Of a stretch of DNA of 64,000 bases, positions 58,182-64,000 are shown one piece after another. The notes beneath the pieces were generated by a model. The model made no database searches. It was not told the origin of the DNA and saw only the letters and a program-made list of their open reading frames with translations. The position numbers and the translations under genes are program-made. Position 1 is the first letter of the stretch. Every line of letters begins with the position of its first letter. Source of the DNA: Deltaproteobacteria bacterium (lineage in GTDB: Bacteria > SAR324 > NAC60-12); contig JAYOTF010000008.1 of the NCBI GenBank assembly GCA_038150265.1, positions 12,200-76,199 of the forward strand. The letters are read 5' to 3'.

Positions 58182-60118
58182 AGCAGGAACAGTTTTTGTC
58201 TTTGGTCTCGGCGGAGGAAGCTGAGCAGATTTTTCAAAACGCCGTCCAGCCGCAGCCCCTGGGGGAAGAGCGCGTGCCTCTGCTCCTGGCCAACCGGCGG
58301 GTGCTGTCACGAGATGTGCTAGCGGTCCACAATGTGCCATTTTTTGACCGCTCCAATTTTGACGGGTTTGCGGTCTGTGCCGCTGATACGTTTGGAGCGG
58401 AAGAGGGGCAGCCGGTGGTGCTGCGCCTGAATGCCGAATCTCTGGCCTGTGGACGGGTTCCTCAGGAAAGCGTTGCTTCCGGAACAGCGACTGCGATTGC
58501 AACAGGAGGGATGCTGCCTCGGGGGGCCGATGGGGTGGTGATGCTGGAACACACGCACCCGGTTCCCGGAGGAATCGAGGTGGTCAGGCCCATTGCCCCA
58601 GGTTCCGGAATTTCGGCTGCCGGTTCCGACTTGGGGGCTGGGGAACTGGTGCTGCCGAAAGGAACTGCGCTGGGGCACCGAGAAACCGGCACCCTCGCCG
58701 CGTTGGGAGAAGCCGAAGTCTGGGTCTGGCGAAAGCCCCGGGTGGGCATTCTCTCCACCGGAGATGAGTTGCTTCCTCCCGGAGTGCCCATTGCGCCCGG
58801 GAAGGTGCATGACTGCAACAGCACCCTTTTGGCCCATGCGGTTGAGGAGCAAGGGGGGGAGCCCCGGCTGCTGGGAGTGCTTCCGGATGAGGACGCCCAG
58901 ATTGAAGCCGCCGTCCGAGAGGCGCTGGGGCAGGTGGACCTGCTGCTGCTGTCTGCGGGCACCTCGAAGGGAGAAGGCGACCAGAATCACCGCATCTTCC
59001 AACGCTTTGGCAATCCCGGAGTGCTGGTGCATGGGGTTTCTCTGAAGCCGGGAAAGCCCCTGTGCCTTGCCGTGCTGGAGGGCACGCCGGCTGCGATTTT
59101 GCCCGGGTTTCCCACGTCAGCGATCTTTACCTTCACACGCTTCATTGCTCCCGTGATCCGCACGCTGGCGGGACACCCTCCGTTGGCGTGGAGTCAGGTG
59201 GAAGCGACCTTGCCGTTTTCGCTGCAGGCAGACAAGGGACGGACGGACTTCCAGCTGGTCCACCTGGTTCGGAGGCCGCTGGCGGAAGTGACCTCTGGAG
59301 CGCCTCGCTTCAGTGCCTACCCCACTGGGAAGGGGTCGGGTTCCATTTCCGGATTTGCGCGGGCAGATGGTTTTGTGGAGGTGCCCCGAGAGGTCGAACA
59401 GGTGGAGGCAGGGAGTCCGGTGCGGGTCCGGCTGCTGGGAGAGTCGGTGGTGCCTCCGGATCTGATGGTCATTGGCAGCCACTGTGTGGGCATGGACCGG
59501 CTGCTCAGCCTCTTGCGGGAGCAGGGCTGGCAAAGCCGGAGCCTCGCGGTGGGAAGCATGGGCGGAGTGCTGGCAGCCCGGCGGGGCGAGTGTGACCTCG
59601 CAGGGACGCACCTGATGGAGGCAGCCTCCGGTGTTTACAATCAGCACCTGGTGACGCCCGGTGTGCAGCTGGTGAAGGGCTACCGCCGTCGGCAAGGGGT
59701 GGTGGTTCGGCCAGGCACCCTTGATGAGTCCGGAGGCCTGGCTGGCGTGACCGAACAGCTGCAGGATCCGAAGTGGCGCCTGATCAATCGCAACCGCGGA
59801 AGCGGCACCCGTGTGCTCCTCGATCAGCTACTTGGAACGGCCCGCCCGCCCGGGTTCTGGATGGAGGCTTCCTCGCACCACGCCGTTGCCGCTGCTGTTG
59901 CCCAGGGACGTGCCGACTGGGGAGTCACTCTGGATTCGGTGGCAGAAGCCGCTGGGCTGGCATTTTTCTTTCTCCAGGATGAGGAGTACGATTTTCTGAT
60001 CCCGGAAGCTCGCCTGGAACAACCGGCGGTGCAAGCCTTCCTGCAGCTGCTCGCCTCGCCTCAAGCACAGAACGCCCTGCGTACTCTGGGGCTGGAACCT
60101 GCTCCTGAATCGGATTGA
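58180..60118 (+). CDS. Second MoeA fused to a C-terminal periplasmic-binding-protein-like (PBP) domain
   Basis: GTG 58180 overlaps the moeA stop. About 400-aa MoeA module (GTSKGEGD), then a ~240-aa PBP-like domain (MVIGSHCVGMDRL...GSGTRVL) as seen in MoeA-PBP fusions. Confidence 0.75.
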
Positions 60119-60121
60119 ATC

Positions 60122-60961
60122 ATGAAAAACCGTATGATGCCCCACCACCCCTCTCGGCTTTCTGCCTGGCTGCTCGTTGGGCTGCTGTGTTTCCTCTTCA
60201 GCGGAGGCCGCACTTCAGCCGCTCCGCTCCGGCTGGCCACCACCACCAGCACGGACAATTCCGGGTTGTTGGCGGCGCTGCTTCCGGCCTATGAGTCCCA
60301 GACGGGAGACACGGTCAAGGTCATTGCCGTGGGCACTGGCAAGGCGCTCAAGCTGGGCGAAGATGGCAACGTGGACGTGGTCCTTGTTCATGCGCCCATG
60401 GCGGAGGAAGCCTTTGTGGCTGCCGGGTTTGGAGTGAACCGGCGCTCGGTGATGTACAACGATTTTGTCCTGGTCGGTCCTGCCGAGGATCCGGCTCGGG
60501 TGCGTGGGCTGACACAGGCTCCGCAGGCGTTGCAGCAGTTGAAGGAAGCCGGCGCCCTGTTTGTGTCCCGTGGTGATGACTCCGGAACCCACAAGAAGGA
60601 GCGGGCGCTCTGGAAGCTTGCCGGGGGGCAACCGACAACGGCCAACTACCGGGAAGCTGGGCAGGGAATGGGGGCGGTCCTGATCATGAGTTCCGAGTTG
60701 GGCGCCTACACGCTGACGGACCGCGGCACGTGGCTGGCGTTCCGGGACAAGCTGGCGTTGCAGGTGCTGGTGGCAGGAGACGAACGGTTGTTTAACCCCT
60801 ATGGCATCATTGCCGTGAACCCTGCCCGTTACCCGGAGGTCAACTACCAGGGGGCAATGCGTCTCATCGCCTGGCTGACCTCAGTGGAAGGCCAGCACCG
60901 GATCCGGGACTTCACCGTGCAGGGGGAGCCGCTGTTCATTCCCACTGCGGTTCAGGACTGA
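60122..60961 (+). CDS. tupA: Tungstate/molybdate ABC transporter substrate-binding protein (TupA/WtpA-like)
   Basis: 279 aa. Signal peptide. TupA-type anion-binding signature (TTTSTDNSGLL...). Starts 4 nt after the MoeA-PBP gene. Confidence 0.75.
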   Translation: MKNRMMPHHPSRLSAWLLVGLLCFLFSGGRTSAAPLRLATTTSTDNSGLLAALLPAYESQTGDTVKVIAVGTGKALKLGEDGNVDVVLVHAPMAEEAFVAAGFGVNRRSVMYNDFVLVGPAEDPARVRGLTQAPQALQQLKEAGALFVSRGDDSGTHKKERALWKLAGGQPTTANYREAGQGMGAVLIMSSELGAYTLTDRGTWLAFRDKLALQVLVAGDERLFNPYGIIAVNPARYPEVNYQGAMRLIAWLTSVEGQHRIRDFTVQGEPLFIPTAVQD

Positions 60962-60966
60962 CAGCA

Positions 60967-61668
60967 ATGGAAACCTTGTGGGGGGCCTTTCAGCAAGCAC
61001 TGGGGTTGCTGCTGCGCGGAGATCCGGGGCTTTGGGAAATCGTTGGGGTCTCCTTTTCCGTTTCGGTACGGGCGCTGCTGCTGACGGTTCCTCTGGCGCT
61101 GGGGCTTGCGCTGGCGTTGGCGCTGGGACGCGTCTGGGGAGGACGCTGGGTGCTGTCGATCTGCCACGCGCTGATGGCCTTGCCGACCGTCCTGGTGGGG
61201 CTGCTGCTTTATCTGTTGCTGACGCGTCAGGGGGCATTGGGAAGCCTCCGCCTGCTGTTCACACAAGAGGCCATGATGCTGGCGCAGATGGTGCTGGCGT
61301 TTCCCCTGCTGGTGGCCCTCATGCACGGCGCCCTGAAGGCGTCCACTCGGCAGACCTGGGAGGCTGCCCGGATGCTGGGGGCCTCTCCGCTTCAGGCGTC
61401 CTGGACGCTGATCCAGGAGGTGCGCTTCAGCCTGTTGACAGCACTGGTGGCCGCCTTTGGTCGCCTCATTTCAGAGGTGGGGGCTTCCATGATGCTCGGA
61501 GGGAACATCTTGCACCACACCCGAACCATGACCACGGCGATTGCGCTGGAAACCAGCAAGGGAGAGTTTGCTCAGGGGATTGCGCTGGGTTTGCTGCTGC
61601 TGGGCCTGTCTGCCGGCATCAACCTGCTGCTGGGGCAGCTTCAGGGCTCGGAACGCGCATGGCCATGA
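60967..61668 (+). CDS. tupB: ABC transporter permease (TupB-like)
   Basis: 233 aa, about 5-6 TM helices. Short BPD-transport-type permease typical of tungstate/molybdate systems. Confidence 0.75.
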   Translation: METLWGAFQQALGLLLRGDPGLWEIVGVSFSVSVRALLLTVPLALGLALALALGRVWGGRWVLSICHALMALPTVLVGLLLYLLLTRQGALGSLRLLFTQEAMMLAQMVLAFPLLVALMHGALKASTRQTWEAARMLGASPLQASWTLIQEVRFSLLTALVAAFGRLISEVGASMMLGGNILHHTRTMTTAIALETSKGEFAQGIALGLLLLGLSAGINLLLGQLQGSERAWP

Positions 61669-62219
61669 TTCCCCCCCACGTTTTTGGCATCTGTGCCTTC
61701 AGTGGCACCGGGAAGACGACGTTGCTGCAGCAGGTGATCCCCCTGCTCCGGAACGCTGGGCTCCGGGTGGGGTTGGTCAAGCATGCGCACCACCACTTTG
61801 AGGTGGATCAGCCCGGAAAGGACAGCTACGAGCTGCGAAAAGCCGGAGCTGAGGCCGTGCTGGTGGCCTCTCAGCAGCGCTGGGCCCTCATGCGTGAGAC
61901 CCCTGAATTGCAACAGGCTCCGGACCTGGCTCTCTTGCTGCAGGCGTTTCCGACGGATGAGCTGGATCTGATTCTCGTGGAAGGATTCAAGGCGGTGGAT
62001 TTTCCGAAGCTGGAGCTGCACCGCCCGTCTTTGGGGCACCCCCTGCTTCAGGAGCAGGTTCCGGGAGTGATTGCCATTGCGACCGATGCCCCCCTTGAGA
62101 AGGCGGTTCCGGTGCCGGTACTGAACCTCAACGATCCGGAACAAATCGCCCGGTTCCTTCAGGAGCAGAGCCAAAAAGAGGGAGCCAAAAAGGGAGGGGC
62201 CCCAAGCCGGGGCCGGTGA
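61659..62219 (+). CDS. mobB: Molybdopterin-guanine dinucleotide biosynthesis adapter MobB
   Basis: Start ATG 61659 (MAMIPPHVFGICAFSGTGKTTLLQQ, a P-loop) overlaps the tupB stop by 10 nt. About 186 aa. Confidence 0.8.
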   Translation: MAMIPPHVFGICAFSGTGKTTLLQQVIPLLRNAGLRVGLVKHAHHHFEVDQPGKDSYELRKAGAEAVLVASQQRWALMRETPELQQAPDLALLLQAFPTDELDLILVEGFKAVDFPKLELHRPSLGHPLLQEQVPGVIAIATDAPLEKAVPVPVLNLNDPEQIARFLQEQSQKEGAKKGGAPSRGR

Positions 62220-62233
62220 GGCAGGAGGAGCGG

Positions 62234-62596
62234 TTAACCGCGGCGTTCTTCAGCTTCTTGTTTTTCCTTGCAGGCAATGCAGTAGGTGGTCACCGGACGG
62301 ATCTTCAGACGCTCCACCCCAATGTCTTCTCCGCACTCCTCACAAATTCCGAAAGTTCCTTCTTCCAAACGCTCCAACGCTTCTTCTACTTTGGCCAGCA
62401 ACTTTCGCTCCCGGTCCCGGATCCGGAGGAGGTTGATGTTGTCACTTTCCAGGGAAGCACGGTCGTTCGGATCCGGAAATAAGGTGTTTTCTTCCCGCAT
62501 TTCATGAACGGTTTCTTCTGATTCTCCCTGAAGCTCTTGCTTCATTTCTGTCAGCCGAGTCCGGAAGTAAGCTTGATCTGCTTCCTGCATGGCCAC
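62234..62596 (-). CDS. dksA: DksA/TraR-family C4 zinc-finger transcription factor
   Basis: 120 aa. Coiled-coil N-terminus. C-terminal CxxC-x17-CxxC (CEECGEDIGVERLKIRPVTTYCIAC). AGGAG Shine-Dalgarno 8 nt upstream. Confidence 0.8.
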   Translation of the reverse strand: MAMQEADQAYFRTRLTEMKQELQGESEETVHEMREENTLFPDPNDRASLESDNINLLRIRDRERKLLAKVEEALERLEEGTFGICEECGEDIGVERLKIRPVTTYCIACKEKQEAEERRG

Positions 62597-62716
62597 TCCT
62601 GATAATTGTTGGGGGAACTACAGCCTTGAGTAGCGGATGAAACGAGAGCTGTAGTGCAGATAGGAAAAACCGTTAGTCTAAGGAGGTTTCTGGAAAGAAG
62701 AAAGAAGAAATGTTCC

Positions 62717-63229
62717 TTAAAAATCCAAAAATATGCGGTCATAGACCTTGCGGCAGAGGTCCAGGAGAAGGTCCTGTCGGATTCGAGTGGTTTGAATGCC
62801 AGAGACGAGTTCGAGGGAGTCATTGACCGCCGACTCGCTCACGGAAGCCTGAACCCCCACCTCCTGCCACAGGTACTCGCCGGAGCGACGATCCTGAAGG
62901 CTGGCCTGACCACTGAGGCTGACGGTGACGCCGGCTGGAGCATCTGTGGTGGCTTCGGTCTTGGATTCAACGACACGGGTGAGGGTGAATTCGAGGACCT
63001 GATCCGCTTGTTCCGGAACCGTCAGGATGACAGACGTGTTGGAGCGGAGCAGCTCCTGCATCTGCGCCGCAGCCTCGGTCTCGAGTCCGGGCTCATAGGT
63101 TTCGTTGCGGACCGGCAGCAGAGCAAGGGTCCGGGCTTCTCCGGGAAGAGGCGGGTTGCCGCGCTCCAGTGTGTAGCCGCAGCCACTCAGGAGCAGGCTC
63201 AGACCAAGCAGGAGGCCAAGGCGCTTCAT
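62717..63229 (-). CDS. LptE-like lipoprotein
   Basis: 170 aa. Lipobox (LLLSGC|GY). Size and composition are consistent with the LPS-assembly lipoprotein LptE/RlpB. Confidence 0.5.
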   Translation of the reverse strand: MKRLGLLLGLSLLLSGCGYTLERGNPPLPGEARTLALLPVRNETYEPGLETEAAAQMQELLRSNTSVILTVPEQADQVLEFTLTRVVESKTEATTDAPAGVTVSLSGQASLQDRRSGEYLWQEVGVQASVSESAVNDSLELVSGIQTTRIRQDLLLDLCRKVYDRIFLDF

Positions 63230-64000
63230 TCGGCATCCAGGTAGGCAAGGAGGAGGACGCCGGTGGTGGTGTAGAGCTGGAGCCCCTGGGTGACGGTGCC
63301 CAGCTCATAGCCTCCGAAGCAGCCGATCAGCGGGAAATCCCCGAGCACCTCGCGGATGGCTTCCGTGTCAACATTCGGGCGACCATAGAGGGCTGTGCCA
63401 CGGGCCGAGCAGTTGAGGAAGACGCCAAAGCTGGGGCGTCGCTCATCCTGGGCCTTGAGGCGCTGGAGCATCTCCCGGAAGTCCTGCTCAGCCGTCACGG
63501 CGCTGCGGTAGGCAAAGGAAACCACCATGCCCTCCTGGACCAACTCCGCCAACTCCAGTCCCTGAGACACCACATCCACGCCGGTGAGTCCCCGAACCAA
63601 GGCGGTCTCGCCGCCGAAGCTGGGCTGCTGTCGGTCCAGTGGCAGGCTGAAGAGCAGGTGCTGGGCGGCTGTTTCCAGCTCCCGGATGCCCAGTTCGGAC
63701 GCGACGGTGACAAAGACCTCCAATGCGGGAAAGTCGTCGAGCTTGAGGATCTGGTTGTCCTGAACCTCGGTGATGAACATCGGCTCGCCCATGGTCACAC
63801 ACGACTGCGTCACCCCCGCCTGAAAGTGCGGAATGCCCGAGAAGGTGATGCCAGAGACGCCACTGAGGGTGGCTCCGCGGGGGCCAATCTGGACCGCCTG
63901 CTGGTAGGTGCCATCGTTGCAGGTACCGGCACCAAAACAAACGGGGTGGGACTTGGCAAAGTTGAGGGTGTTGATGAGGTTGTGGGGCTGGTGCTCGTAG
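63226..64000 (-). CDS. FIST-domain protein, partial (N-terminus beyond window end)
   Basis: The reading frame is open to the window edge. The C-terminal region (LIGCFGGYELGTVTQG...LLLAYL) resembles a FIST_C sensor domain. Confidence 0.6.
   Translation of the reverse strand, partial: YEHQPHNLINTLNFAKSHPVCFGAGTCNDGTYQQAVQIGPRGATLSGVSGITFSGIPHFQAGVTQSCVTMGEPMFITEVQDNQILKLDDFPALEVFVTVASELGIRELETAAQHLLFSLPLDRQQPSFGGETALVRGLTGVDVVSQGLELAELVQEGMVVSFAYRSAVTAEQDFREMLQRLKAQDERRPSFGVFLNCSARGTALYGRPNVDTEAIREVLGDFPLIGCFGGYELGTVTQGLQLYTTTGVLLLAYLDAE

Noticed and set aside
62654-63244. 196-aa plus-strand ORF preceded by a perfect AAGGAGG at about 62672
   Set aside because: It runs antisense to the LptE-like lipoprotein gene and has antisense-type composition. 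The AAGGAGG is the complement of the polypyrimidine tract in the dksA promoter region. The minus-strand dksA has its own AGGAG Shine-Dalgarno.

Overview
GC-rich (~62-65%) bacterial chromosomal segment, densely coded, mostly on the minus strand. I found no tRNA or rRNA genes, CRISPR arrays, transposases or integrases. The gene content (long-form IspG, LptF/LptG, LptE, Lon, a type IV pilin, heme A synthase with DUF420) suggests an aerobic Gram-negative organism, possibly from the Bacteroidota/Rhodothermota/Chlorobiota superphylum. That taxonomic guess is speculative.

Recognisable content:
- Housekeeping genes: asnS, thrS, lon, hemE, ispG, holB, recD2, adk, ribBA, mtaB, dksA.
- A complete periplasmic thiosulfate/sulfide oxidation island at 33.5-42.8 kb: soxX-Y-Z-A-(K)-B-C-D, fccAB, a dihaem cytochrome c4 and the thioredoxin soxW.
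- A molybdenum/tungsten cofactor and transport cluster at 56.9-62.2 kb: moeA, a moeA-PBP fusion, tupA, tupB, mobB.
- A SpoVR/YeaH (DUF444) stress module with no PrkA kinase gene.

Candidates for new biology:
1. An 864-aa extremely acidic protein with a receiver-like N-terminus that appears to lack the phospho-acceptor Asp. Its gene carries three perfect 45-bp tandem repeats.
2. A tightly coupled operon of a type IV pilin, a TPR lipoprotein and an LPP20/FlgT-like periplasmic protein, in a window with no flagellar or pilus-assembly genes.
3. A 439-aa membrane protein with markedly lower GC than its neighbours, translationally coupled between thrS and asnS.
4. A DnaC/DnaI-like AAA+ ATPase carrying DnaJ-type CxxCxGxG zinc-finger motifs.
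5. An MFS transporter whose first two helices have no canonical start codon and sit in-frame immediately after the soxW stop.

Many long ORFs antisense to real genes are artefacts of the high GC content and were rejected.
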